This document shows, piece after piece, positions 42,863 through 51,952 of a DNA stretch of 64,000 nucleotides. The notes below the pieces were generated by a model that searched no databases, had not been told where the DNA came from, and worked only from the letters and a program-made list of their open reading frames with translations. The stretch comes from a bacterium (GTDB taxonomy: Bacteria; UBA10199; 2-02-FULL-50-16; JAJFLM01). Position 1 is the stretch's first letter. Each line of letters begins with the position of its first letter. The translations under genes were made by a program, and so were the position numbers. The stretch is from contig CBDCFN010000016.1 of the NCBI GenBank assembly GCA_965216315.1, positions 832,001 to 896,000 on the forward strand, given 5' to 3'.

Positions 42863-44427
42863 GCGGGTTGCATGCGGTTCCTCGCTAAATGAACTGCAAG
42901 AATGAGCATTTGAATCCCAAATATTGTCCCTAGAAAGATCGTTCCGCCCTCGCTGAACCCATAGCTGTGGAGGCCAGCGGCGAGAATGTAATTGACGCCA
43001 AACCAGGCCATCAAAATCCCTAAAAAGCTCAGCGCGACGAGCGGAATGAAACGTCGGAATGGGATCCAGCCCGAGAAGCGCCCATGGAGAATGGCGACGT
43101 ACATTAAGAGGGCGATGAGTGACCAGGTTTCTTTGGGGTCCCAGCCCCAGAAGCGTCCCCAACTGTAGTCCGCCCAGATTCCTCCGAGGATGATGCCGGC
43201 GGCTAACAAGATGACACCGACTTTGAGGCAGACATAGCAAAGGTTGCTGATGCGCCGGGTAAAAACTTGCGGTACGTCGCCAAAACTCGAGCGGATAAGA
43301 TAATAGTTGGCCATGAACCAGCTCAATGCAAAGACTGCGTAGCTGATCGTAATCGTTGTAACATGCGTTGAAAGCCAAAAATTATCGCGCAGGACGGGGA
43401 CGAGAGGTTTGATTTTAGGGTCGAGCATGCCATGGGCAAAGGTCATCATAAACAGACAGCTCAAATTAAGTCCGAGCCCGACCAAGACAAAGATTTTTTC
43501 GCGGCGCCAATAGGCGAGAATTGTTGCAATCAGGAGGCCGCCGACGCCGACCCACATTACGGTTTCGTACATATTCGTGACAGGTGCACGCTGGGAGATC
43601 ATGACGCGATAAACGATGGCCACTATTTCAATGATGAACGTGATGGCGAGTCCGGTGATGACAGCCGGGTGATTGATGCGTCGGCACGCGGCTGTTACGA
43701 TGAGTGTCAAGAGCGCTGCTAAGATCGCCCAATGAAATAAGCGAAGTCGCTCATAAGTCAATTCAGTCAGATGAGCATTGTCAACTTTGGCGGCATAATC
43801 GGCACCCATCCTGAGAAGAATCGGGGTCATCTTTGCAACGCCGTTTTGGTTTTCCTTAGACAGTGCGGCAAGTTCTCGTAACGGAATCCAAATAACCTTG
43901 TCAGCACTGACCTGGGCCCCGTCATGAAAAAAAGGCGCTTTCCAGTTATTGCCGTTGATGATGTCGTGGTAGAGCCGCGTTTTTTGAATGACTGCGCCAA
44001 TATCCTTAGCGAATGGTGATTTGTCTTTTTTCTCCGTCTTGAGAATAGAAAGCTGCGCTTCGAGTTCAGGGATCTTGGCGGTGATGTCAGTGTAGGTAAT
44101 CTGATTGCTGTCGATCTTGAGCAAGGCTTGGGTCTTGATATGATCCACGCGGATGGGCAGCGCGGGGGCTTTCTGCTGCGCCGGATCGAGGGAGCTTAAA
44201 CTAAGTCGGCAATACAACTCCATCGCCGATTGGCCCTCCCATTTTGATTTGCCGTAGATAAATTTAATGGTTTCCTTCGCATGAACCTCGAGGGGTTTAA
44301 CGCGCCCGCCTGCCAGAATAGGCAGGGCCTCCAGCTCTTTGGGGCAATCTTCCGCGGCAAGTGCCGGGGTGGCACAAAAAACTACCGTGATGAAGAGGAC
44401 GGTTTTAATGAGCAATTTGTGGGTCAC
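42859..44427 (-). CDS. ccsA: System II cytochrome c synthase CcsA with large periplasmic N-domain
   Basis: WWD domain WADYSWGRFWGWDPKETW, WLSTHV, GLHSY; GTGA overlap with the upstream gene; GGAG RBS. Confidence 0.9.
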   Translation of the reverse strand: MTHKLLIKTVLFITVVFCATPALAAEDCPKELEALPILAGGRVKPLEVHAKETIKFIYGKSKWEGQSAMELYCRLSLSSLDPAQQKAPALPIRVDHIKTQALLKIDSNQITYTDITAKIPELEAQLSILKTEKKDKSPFAKDIGAVIQKTRLYHDIINGNNWKAPFFHDGAQVSADKVIWIPLRELAALSKENQNGVAKMTPILLRMGADYAAKVDNAHLTELTYERLRLFHWAILAALLTLIVTAACRRINHPAVITGLAITFIIEIVAIVYRVMISQRAPVTNMYETVMWVGVGGLLIATILAYWRREKIFVLVGLGLNLSCLFMMTFAHGMLDPKIKPLVPVLRDNFWLSTHVTTITISYAVFALSWFMANYYLIRSSFGDVPQVFTRRISNLCYVCLKVGVILLAAGIILGGIWADYSWGRFWGWDPKETWSLIALLMYVAILHGRFSGWIPFRRFIPLVALSFLGILMAWFGVNYILAAGLHSYGFSEGGTIFLGTIFGIQMLILAVHLARNRMQPA

Positions 44428-46088
44428 GCTTCGCTTCTCCTTCGTTTGGCGCGAATCCTGTGATGAATAAGGATACCGCCAATCAATAATATGCAACCTA
44501 AGTATTTGATCGGTCGCCCGGGATCTCTATTGACAGACAGCACCGAGGCATATGATTTGCCGTCGCCTAAGGCAAAATAAGAGGCTTGATACAGGGTAAA
44601 GCCCCCTTTTTTAAGGGGATTATTCATATAGATATGGGCCTGAGTCGTTTCACTGGCGTCACTGACTTTGACGAAACTTTCGTAGCTAGCGGCATCCATC
44701 GTGCCTGGATTGGTGGCCATTTTGAATTCTTCGAGTTCAATCTGAAAGGGAAGTTGATGGACCCGGTCACCCAACATAATTTGGAAGCTGTCACCGTTTG
44801 CCGCCTCAAATGTCTTTGGGCTCTGGTTGTCGACCCAAAAAGAGTGACTCGTCGCTTGGCTTTCACGATCCGTAATCTTGATGAGAGCAGCGCGATGTCG
44901 CTGCGCTTGGCTGCCATCCGGGGGCTCATAAGACCACTCCAGATAAGGGAGCTTGTTGTCGATAATGCGCGTCAGTGTCATTTCCAGTCCCATCCAGGGG
45001 AGGCTGTAACCCCTGAAGAGCTCCTCGTCTTCGAATGTCCACTGGGTTCCTTTGCCATAAGCCAGCCGCTTATCTCGAAAAAATACAATGTTCGGTGATT
45101 GACGCCAGGTCTCCAACGGAACGAGATTCATGTCAGAATCTTCGTCAATGCGAATTTCTTCAGTGATGGGTTGGGCAATCATCTGCGGAAAGAAATTGTA
45201 TGTTGTTCCGTCGCGCGTTATCACGACTTTTTGATAAGGTTCCTCTTGCTCGGTTTTAAATTGCAGGCCTTGCTGCTTAATTCCTTGTAATGAGATTGCC
45301 GGGAGCACGAGGCAGCGTTGGTTATCCTGGTAGAGATACTGGGCCTGAGTGTCTTTGATAGCGCGGGCAAAGCACTGACTATCAATTCTCATCAAGAGGG
45401 TGATGCTCAAAGGCCCTAACTTTTTCTTGTCATCGCCGCGATTGTGATTGGAGACCTCAATTTTCTGCTGCATATTGGCGCCGGCGAGTTTGGCCCAGAT
45501 AAGACGTTTGGCCGGCTTGCCCGCGGGGTTGTCTCGCCAGAGCTGTCGGCCGGTTGCAAACGGGATATAGCGTTCGATGGAGATGTCGTAGTTGGCAAGG
45601 TTGATGTATGGGGTGTCCCCAAGTTCAATCTCTTTTGTCGCACGTGGTAGATCTGAGGCGTAGCGCAATGATGATTGTTTGGCATTGTCAAAGTAGTGGA
45701 CGTAGATTCGAGGCTCATTGATGAGGACATTGCCATTTGCCTTGCCCGGCATGAGTTCGAGCGAACCGTCGATCCCGAAGAGGGCGGTCACGGCGCTACC
45801 AATCAGTATGGTGAGAAGCCCCGCGTGAATAATATAAAAGCCGGTCAAGCGCACTCGATAGGGGAGGCGAACGAGGGCCGCAAACAGGATATTTAAAAAG
45901 AGGAAAATTTCTGTAATGATGAAAGGCGTAGAAAGGTAGACGGCGTCCTTAGCAAATGCCGCCCCATATCGAGATTCGGTGATGGTCCCCCAGATCATCA
46001 GAACCATCAGCGACAAAATCACGCAGACCGCCAGTTTGAGCGAGGCGAGAAATTTAACGACTTCATTTTTACAGAATTTCTTCCACAT
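44424..46088 (-). CDS. Cytochrome c biogenesis protein ResB/CcsB
   Basis: ASLKLAV, IIHAGL, IYMNNPL..GFTLYQASY, SVNRDPG; coupled to ccsA. Start trimmed to ATG 46088. Confidence 0.85.
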   Translation of the reverse strand: MWKKFCKNEVVKFLASLKLAVCVILSLMVLMIWGTITESRYGAAFAKDAVYLSTPFIITEIFLFLNILFAALVRLPYRVRLTGFYIIHAGLLTILIGSAVTALFGIDGSLELMPGKANGNVLINEPRIYVHYFDNAKQSSLRYASDLPRATKEIELGDTPYINLANYDISIERYIPFATGRQLWRDNPAGKPAKRLIWAKLAGANMQQKIEVSNHNRGDDKKKLGPLSITLLMRIDSQCFARAIKDTQAQYLYQDNQRCLVLPAISLQGIKQQGLQFKTEQEEPYQKVVITRDGTTYNFFPQMIAQPITEEIRIDEDSDMNLVPLETWRQSPNIVFFRDKRLAYGKGTQWTFEDEELFRGYSLPWMGLEMTLTRIIDNKLPYLEWSYEPPDGSQAQRHRAALIKITDRESQATSHSFWVDNQSPKTFEAANGDSFQIMLGDRVHQLPFQIELEEFKMATNPGTMDAASYESFVKVSDASETTQAHIYMNNPLKKGGFTLYQASYFALGDGKSYASVLSVNRDPGRPIKYLGCILLIGGILIHHRIRAKRRRSEA

Positions 46089-46145
46089 TTCTTTATTTTT
46101 CCACGGGTTCCCGATCGCGCCAATGATCTCATTACATTGGTGCTC

Positions 46146-46159
46146 ATGACGAATATCAT
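46146..46159. promoter_or_regulatory. Possible Crp/Fnr-family site
   Basis: ATGAC-GAAT-ATCAT in the divergent ccsB/HAO intergenic region; resembles the site at 53317. Confidence 0.35.
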
Positions 46160-46257
46160 ATCTGTCAGAGATATCAATCATGGCTGTAAGACCCTTATTT
46201 AAGGTATATAGATGGGATCTATAGGCGCAATTTATTTAATCTTTTTGAGGAGGCATC

Positions 46258-47712
46258 ATGAAGCCGGTTAAATTTAAGAGCCCTTTTCTACTTGGTCTCG
46301 TTGCAGCGGTAGTGATTCCGCTGATGGCGGCGCATGCGGGCAGTCTCCCCACTGAACTCAGCGCCGAGAGCAAGAAATGCGCAACCTGTCACCAGCAAGA
46401 AAATGATTCCATCTACCAACAGTGGGGCGAGTCAAAGCACTATCGGGCGAATGTTGGTTGTTTTGAGTGTCACGAGGCTCAAGCGGGAGATAAGGATGCC
46501 TTTAGTCATTATGGGCAGACAATCGCGACGATTGTTTCTCCTCAGGACTGCGCGAGTTGCCATGAAAAAGAAGTGAAGGAATTTACTGAAAGTCATCATG
46601 CTAAGGCCGGGCGGATTATGGGCTCATTGGATAATCTCCTCGCCGAAGTCGTTGAAGGGAATACCGGTATGAAGACAGCGGCCTTTCCCCATGGGATCTC
46701 CGCGGCGGCGGTCAATGGCTGCTGGCAGTGTCATGGTTCTGAAATCAAAGTTCTCAAGGGCGGAAAACTGGATCCTGCGACCTGGCCCAACTCGGGAATG
46801 GGGCGGATCAACCCGGATGGGTCCGAAGGTTCCTGTTCGGCCTGTCATTCACGCCACAGTTTTTCAGTCGCTCAGGCCCGCAATCCTGAAAATTGCGGTA
46901 AATGCCATATGGGCCCCGATCACCCACAACTTGAGATCTATAATGAATCAAAACACGGTATTGCCTACCAGGCGCACAAAGCCGATTTAAAGATGGATAG
47001 CGCTAAATGGGTTGTCGGCGAGGACTATAGCGCCGCCCCAACTTGCGCGACCTGTCATATGTCGGCGACCAAAAACCAGCCGGTCACTCATGATGTCGGA
47101 CTCAGGTTGTCGTGGAATAATCGGCCTCCTAAGTCGGTTCGACCCGAAGTCTCCGATGCTAAACTGGGGCTCAAGACAGCGAGCATCCCGTGGACGAAAC
47201 GACGTGCCAACATGAAGGACGTTTGTACTTCATGTCACAATAAGGATTTTACGGATAATTTTTACTTTCAGTATGATGAGCTTATCAAGCTGTACAATGA
47301 TAAGTTTGCAGACCCCGGGTTGAAGCTGATGGCTGCGGCCAAGCCCTTAATGAACAAGCCAAAATTTGCGAGTGACATTGATTTTATCTGGTTCGAGATC
47401 TGGCATCATGAAGGGCGCCGTGCTCGTCATGGCGCCTCGATGATGGGGCCTGACTATACGCATTGGCACGGAACCTATGAAATTGCGAAGCATTTTTATG
47501 TAAAACTGATTCCAGCGTTAGAAGAGCTTGCGAAGGATAATCTCAGTTCCAAGGATGCAACCACAGTTGCTGCCGCGAAGAAGTTGCAGGCAACGATCAG
47601 CGAGGTGCTCAACTCGGATGATCATAAGTGGTATTTGGACAAGGAAGATCCCAAGGTCAAGGCGGCCCGCAAGAAACGTCAGACTGAATTTAAGAAGCGC
47701 TACGGGAAGTAA
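46258..47712 (+). CDS. Octaheme c-type cytochrome, hydroxylamine oxidoreductase (HAO) family, copy 1
   Basis: 8 CxxCH (CATCH, CFECH, CASCH, CWQCH, CSACH, CGKCH, CATCH, CTSCH); GPDH catalytic Asp-His pair; WHHEGRRAR..MMGPDYTHWHG; Sec signal ending AHA; GAGGAGG RBS. Confidence 0.9.
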   Translation: MKPVKFKSPFLLGLVAAVVIPLMAAHAGSLPTELSAESKKCATCHQQENDSIYQQWGESKHYRANVGCFECHEAQAGDKDAFSHYGQTIATIVSPQDCASCHEKEVKEFTESHHAKAGRIMGSLDNLLAEVVEGNTGMKTAAFPHGISAAAVNGCWQCHGSEIKVLKGGKLDPATWPNSGMGRINPDGSEGSCSACHSRHSFSVAQARNPENCGKCHMGPDHPQLEIYNESKHGIAYQAHKADLKMDSAKWVVGEDYSAAPTCATCHMSATKNQPVTHDVGLRLSWNNRPPKSVRPEVSDAKLGLKTASIPWTKRRANMKDVCTSCHNKDFTDNFYFQYDELIKLYNDKFADPGLKLMAAAKPLMNKPKFASDIDFIWFEIWHHEGRRARHGASMMGPDYTHWHGTYEIAKHFYVKLIPALEELAKDNLSSKDATTVAAAKKLQATISEVLNSDDHKWYLDKEDPKVKAARKKRQTEFKKRYGK

Positions 47713-47728
47713 TTAAACGAGGTGATAG

Positions 47729-49213
47729 ATGAGATTAGTAATGATATCGGGAGCTGTTTTACTGCTCATCCCGTTCATGTTGGCCTGTTCCGGTGAAGCC
47801 GGTTCGCATGGTTTTTCCTCTTCCAAGTATGCGGTCAATACGTCGACCTTGCCGGCAGAACTGACTGACGAATCGCAAGCCTGCATTTCCTGCCATATGA
47901 AGGAAAACCCAAGCATCTACCAGCAATGGGGTGGTTCCAAGCACTACCGTGCCAATGTCGGCTGTTATGAGTGTCATCGCGCCAATAGCTCGGATCCTGA
48001 TGCCTTTGATCATTATGGGATGAGTATCTCCATTCTCGTGTCTCCTCAGGATTGTGCGCAATGTCATGCCAAGGAAGTCAAAGAATTTACATCGAGTCAT
48101 CACGCCAAAGCGGGCCGCATTATGGGCTCACTCGACAACCTTCTCGCTGAAGTCGTTGAAGGGAATAATAAAATGGTGACGGAGGGGTTCCCGGACGGGA
48201 TCTCGGCAGCTGCGGTTAACGGCTGTTGGCAGTGTCACGGGTCTGAGATCAAGGTGCTCAAGAATGGCAAATTGGATCCGGCGACCTGGCCGAATTCCGG
48301 TATGGGGCGGATTAACCCGGATGGCTCGGAAGGATCTTGTTCCGCTTGTCACTCACGGCATGAATTTTCCGTTGCACAGGCGCGCGGCCCTGAGAATTGC
48401 GGTAAGTGTCATATGGGTCCGGATCATCCGCAGATAGAGGCCTTTAATGAGTCAAAACACGGCATCGCTTTTTATGCCCACCGCGATAAGATGAACTTAG
48501 ATAATCCGAAATGGATTGTCGGCCAAGATTATACTGCGGCACCGACTTGTGCGACCTGTCATATGTCGGCGACCAAAGATCTGCCGGTGACCCATGATGT
48601 CGGACTTCGCATCTCTTGGAACAATCGACCGCCAAAATCAGTTCGACCTGAGTTGTCGGACGCCAAGCTGGGGCTTCCAACCGCCAAGGTAAAATGGACA
48701 GAGCGTCGTGATAATATGAAGAAAGTTTGTGTATCCTGCCACAATCAACAATTCACTGATAATTTTTATGTTCAATACGATGCCTTGATCGATCTTTATA
48801 ATACTAAGTTTGCGGATCCGGGTCTCAAGTTGATGAAGGCGGCCAAGCCGCTGCTTAAGCCCGTCAAATTCAGTAATGAGTTAGACTTTATCTGGTTTGA
48901 ATTATGGCATCATGAAGGGCGGCGAGCCCGTCATGGTGCTTCAATGATGGCGCCCGATATTACGCACTGGCACGGGACCTACGAGATCGCGAAACATTTC
49001 TATGAGAAGTTTATTCCTAAGCTGCAGAAGTTGGCTAAGAAGAATCTCGATAATAAAGATGCCGGCAAGGCAAAGGCCGCCAAAGAACTCAAAGAACTCA
49101 TTGTCACGGTACTCAACTCAGATGATCATAAATGGTTTATTGGGCAGGAGAGTCCGGAGGCAAAGAGAAAAAGAGAGCAGCGGCGAGAAGAATTTAAGAA
49201 ACGGTATAAGTAG
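47729..49213 (+). CDS. Octaheme HAO-family cytochrome, copy 2 (probable lipoprotein)
   Basis: 8 CxxCH; collinear paralog of copy 1; lipobox-like MLAC; MMAPDITHWHG. Confidence 0.9.
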   Translation: MRLVMISGAVLLLIPFMLACSGEAGSHGFSSSKYAVNTSTLPAELTDESQACISCHMKENPSIYQQWGGSKHYRANVGCYECHRANSSDPDAFDHYGMSISILVSPQDCAQCHAKEVKEFTSSHHAKAGRIMGSLDNLLAEVVEGNNKMVTEGFPDGISAAAVNGCWQCHGSEIKVLKNGKLDPATWPNSGMGRINPDGSEGSCSACHSRHEFSVAQARGPENCGKCHMGPDHPQIEAFNESKHGIAFYAHRDKMNLDNPKWIVGQDYTAAPTCATCHMSATKDLPVTHDVGLRISWNNRPPKSVRPELSDAKLGLPTAKVKWTERRDNMKKVCVSCHNQQFTDNFYVQYDALIDLYNTKFADPGLKLMKAAKPLLKPVKFSNELDFIWFELWHHEGRRARHGASMMAPDITHWHGTYEIAKHFYEKFIPKLQKLAKKNLDNKDAGKAKAAKELKELIVTVLNSDDHKWFIGQESPEAKRKREQRREEFKKRYK

Positions 49214-49218
49214 ATCTT

Positions 49219-49743
49219 ATGTTTAGACTACGTGTTGCTACGGTATTTTTTGTAGGATTTGTGCTGGCAGGTTTGTTGCTATTAATTTCATCTCAAACGC
49301 GCGCGATCGAGCTGGATCCTAATGTTGAGATTGATGTAAGGGGGATGCGTCTGGAGATGTTCCCTTGTTCTAAATGTCATAATCTAATCGGAAAAAGTGA
49401 AGGGCGTAAAGAAGCGGCGCATCGCAATGTCCATGTCCGTCACGGGGAGATCAATAAAAATTGTCTCAATTGTCACAATGGCGATAATATGGATACCTTG
49501 CATTTACTGAATTCAAAGAATGCCCTGCCATTCGAGAAGTCTTATCAAATTTGTGGGCAGTGCCATGGCAATATCTTGAATGAGTGGAATCTTGGAATTC
49601 ATGGTCAGCAGACGGGGAGTTGGAACGGCAAAAAACTGCGGCAAACCTGCTCGGCATGCCACAATCCGCACCAACCAAAATTTAAGGACATGAAGCCTCT
49701 TCCGGCGCCGCAACATCCGCATGAGAGGAGGGCAAGACGTTGA
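49219..49743 (+). CDS. Tetraheme c-type cytochrome
   Basis: CSKCH, CLNCH, CGQCH, CSACH; hydrophobic N-terminal signal/anchor. Confidence 0.88.
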   Translation: MFRLRVATVFFVGFVLAGLLLLISSQTRAIELDPNVEIDVRGMRLEMFPCSKCHNLIGKSEGRKEAAHRNVHVRHGEINKNCLNCHNGDNMDTLHLLNSKNALPFEKSYQICGQCHGNILNEWNLGIHGQQTGSWNGKKLRQTCSACHNPHQPKFKDMKPLPAPQHPHERRARR

Positions 49744-50684
49744 TACAGTGGACTCGAACCGATAAACGCGTGAGCGCCAAACTTAAGAAGCAGCTGCGGT
49801 CGCGAGTCAGTCGTCGCAATGTTCTCAAAGGATTATTTCTGGGAGCGGCGGCCGCGATGGTGACACCGGCAAAGACGGCCAAAGCTTTTTCTTGGGGCGA
49901 ATTTTTTCAGCGTCATTATAAAGAGCTAAGCCCGGAAGATAAGAAGAAGGTATTTGCGCGCATCGAAACGGAAACAAAAGAGCGCTATGGTGTCAATGTA
50001 GAGATCACTGATCCGCCTGCTATGGATGGTGTCGAGTTTGTTTATTGTCTTAATCTGTCCAAGTGTAATGGCAATAGAAAGTGCGTTGAGGCCTGCGTCA
50101 AAGAGAATAATCAATCGCGCGACCCGCAGATCCAATATATCAAGGTCCTTGAGATGCCGAAGGGTTCCATGAACTTAGAAGCAGGGGACCAATACTATGA
50201 ACATGATAAGGTTCCTCAGCAGGACAAGTATTATCTGCCGGTTCAGTGCCAGCAATGTCGTAATCCTCCCTGCACGAAGGTGTGCCCGGTTGAAGCGACC
50301 TGGCAGGAAAAAGACGGAATTGTGGTTATTGATTATAACTGGTGCATTGGTTGTCGTTATTGTGAGGCGGCCTGTCCCTATGAGGCGCGACGCTTTAATT
50401 TTACGACGCCGACAATTGCGCCATCGGAGATCAATCCTAAGCAAGGCTATCTATCGAATCGCGTCCGCCCCAAAGGGGTCGTGGAGAAATGTACGTTTTG
50501 CTTGCAAAGAACCCGGAAGGGCCAGTATCCGGCCTGTTTGGAGGCGTGTCCCACGGGTGCGCGCAAGTTCGGTAATATCCTCGATCCCAAGAGTGAGGTG
50601 AGGGCGATCCTCGAGAACAAGCGCGTCTTTGTCTTGAAAGAAGACTTGGGAACGATGCCGCGCTTTTATTACTTTTTTGATTAG
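49740..50684 (+). CDS. Tat-exported polyferredoxin (NrfC/DsrO-like)
   Basis: SRRNVLK twin-arginine motif; CQQCRNPPCTKVCP, CIGCRYCEAACP, CTFC..PACLEACP; AGGAGG before the TTG start. Confidence 0.88.
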   Translation: MIQWTRTDKRVSAKLKKQLRSRVSRRNVLKGLFLGAAAAMVTPAKTAKAFSWGEFFQRHYKELSPEDKKKVFARIETETKERYGVNVEITDPPAMDGVEFVYCLNLSKCNGNRKCVEACVKENNQSRDPQIQYIKVLEMPKGSMNLEAGDQYYEHDKVPQQDKYYLPVQCQQCRNPPCTKVCPVEATWQEKDGIVVIDYNWCIGCRYCEAACPYEARRFNFTTPTIAPSEINPKQGYLSNRVRPKGVVEKCTFCLQRTRKGQYPACLEACPTGARKFGNILDPKSEVRAILENKRVFVLKEDLGTMPRFYYFFD

Positions 50685-50692
50685 GAAGAGCT

Positions 50693-51916
50693 GTGATTAA
50701 ATATTTACACTTTTGTAAAGCGATGACCCTTGAGGTCCTGAGAGGATCAAAGCGCTACTATGCATGGATGGGATTTCTCGCGGTGATCATCCTTATCGGG
50801 GTCGTGGGCTATATTCATCAGTTAAATGAGGGGCTTATTGTCACGAATATGACGGACCAGGTGTCATGGGGCGCCTATATTGCGAATTTTACCTATATCG
50901 TCGGGCTTGCTGCAGCCTCGGTCATGCTAGTAATCCCGGCCTATTTTTATAAAATTAAAGAACTGATCCATATCACTTTTGTCGGTAAGTTGTTTGCGGT
51001 GGCTTCGATCATTATGTGCCTCTTGTTTGTTGTCGTTGATATGGGGCGCCCGGATCGTTTTTGGCACATTATGCCCTTTGTCGGCCGCATGAATTTTCCA
51101 TATTCTATCCTTGCCTGGGACGTCATTGTATTGTCGGGTTATCTGTTGCTCAATCTGCATATTCCCGGGTATCTTTTATATAAGAAATATATTGGTCACC
51201 CCCCAACCGACAATTACTATAAACCCTTTGTTTATATTGCCGTCTTCTGGGCAATCAGCATTCACACCGTGACCGCCTTCTTATACGCCGGCCTGGGCGG
51301 ACGGCCTTTTTGGAATTCTGCAATTGTGGCGCCCCGTTTTATTGCATCTGCCTTTGCGGTCGGGCCGTGTTTTCTGCTGATCGCGTTGCAGTTTATCAGA
51401 CGATACACCCATCTTAAGGTGGAGAATTACATCTACACCGTGCTTAAACGGATTATTGCGGTTGCGATGATTATCAATCTCTTTTTGCTTGGTTCGGAGG
51501 TCTTTAAGGAGTTTTATACGCAGTCGGCCCATACCGCAGCGGCGAAATATCTCTTTTTTGGGTTGCATGGGCACAACATGCTGGTTCCCTACATCTGGAT
51601 TGCGGTGGTTTTTAATGTCATCGCGACAATCATTTTTGCCAGTCGCAAACTGAGCCGCAAAATGAGACTCGTCAATGTCGCTTGCATTATGGCGATTGTG
51701 GGCATCTGGATTGAAAAGGGGATGGGTTTATTGGTTCCGGGCTTCATTCCCTCTCCGTTGGGCGATATTGTTGAGTACACCCCATCAATAACGGAGATTT
51801 CGGTGTGTGCCGGGATTTGGGCACTGGGGTTCTTCCTCTTTACGCTCTTCCTTAAGGCAGCGATCCCTATAGAAACGGGTGAGCTGCGGCTACATAAAAA
51901 AACGGCAACCCGGTGA
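50693..51916 (+). CDS. NrfD/PsrC/DsrP-family membrane quinol-interacting subunit
   Basis: About 10 TM segments; VSWGAYIANF, VDMGRPDRF, WAISIHTVTAF, PRFIASAF. Confidence 0.88.
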   Translation: MIKYLHFCKAMTLEVLRGSKRYYAWMGFLAVIILIGVVGYIHQLNEGLIVTNMTDQVSWGAYIANFTYIVGLAAASVMLVIPAYFYKIKELIHITFVGKLFAVASIIMCLLFVVVDMGRPDRFWHIMPFVGRMNFPYSILAWDVIVLSGYLLLNLHIPGYLLYKKYIGHPPTDNYYKPFVYIAVFWAISIHTVTAFLYAGLGGRPFWNSAIVAPRFIASAFAVGPCFLLIALQFIRRYTHLKVENYIYTVLKRIIAVAMIINLFLLGSEVFKEFYTQSAHTAAAKYLFFGLHGHNMLVPYIWIAVVFNVIATIIFASRKLSRKMRLVNVACIMAIVGIWIEKGMGLLVPGFIPSPLGDIVEYTPSITEISVCAGIWALGFFLFTLFLKAAIPIETGELRLHKKTATR

Positions 51917-51934
51917 AGGGTTGCCGTTTTTTAT
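51894..51934. terminator. Bidirectional intrinsic terminator
   Basis: AAAAAAACGGCAACCC-GGTGAA-GGGTTGCCGTTTTTT between convergent genes; the NrfD stop codon lies in the loop. Confidence 0.88.
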
Positions 51935-51952
51935 CTCTACGTTAAAGCGCGC

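Noticed and set aside
46258..49213. Ammonia/hydroxylamine-oxidising (nitrifier) hao cluster
   Set aside because: No amo, haoB, cycA or cycB-like genes, and the C-terminal motif looks like the non-cross-linked type. Oxidative function is unsupported, though not formally excluded.
47729..49213. Assembly duplication of the HAO gene
   Set aside because: The copies differ at many synonymous sites and have different signal peptides.
49219..51916. DsrMKJOP sulfate-reduction complex
   Set aside because: Only O/P-like subunits are present; no dsrM, dsrK or dsrAB in the window.
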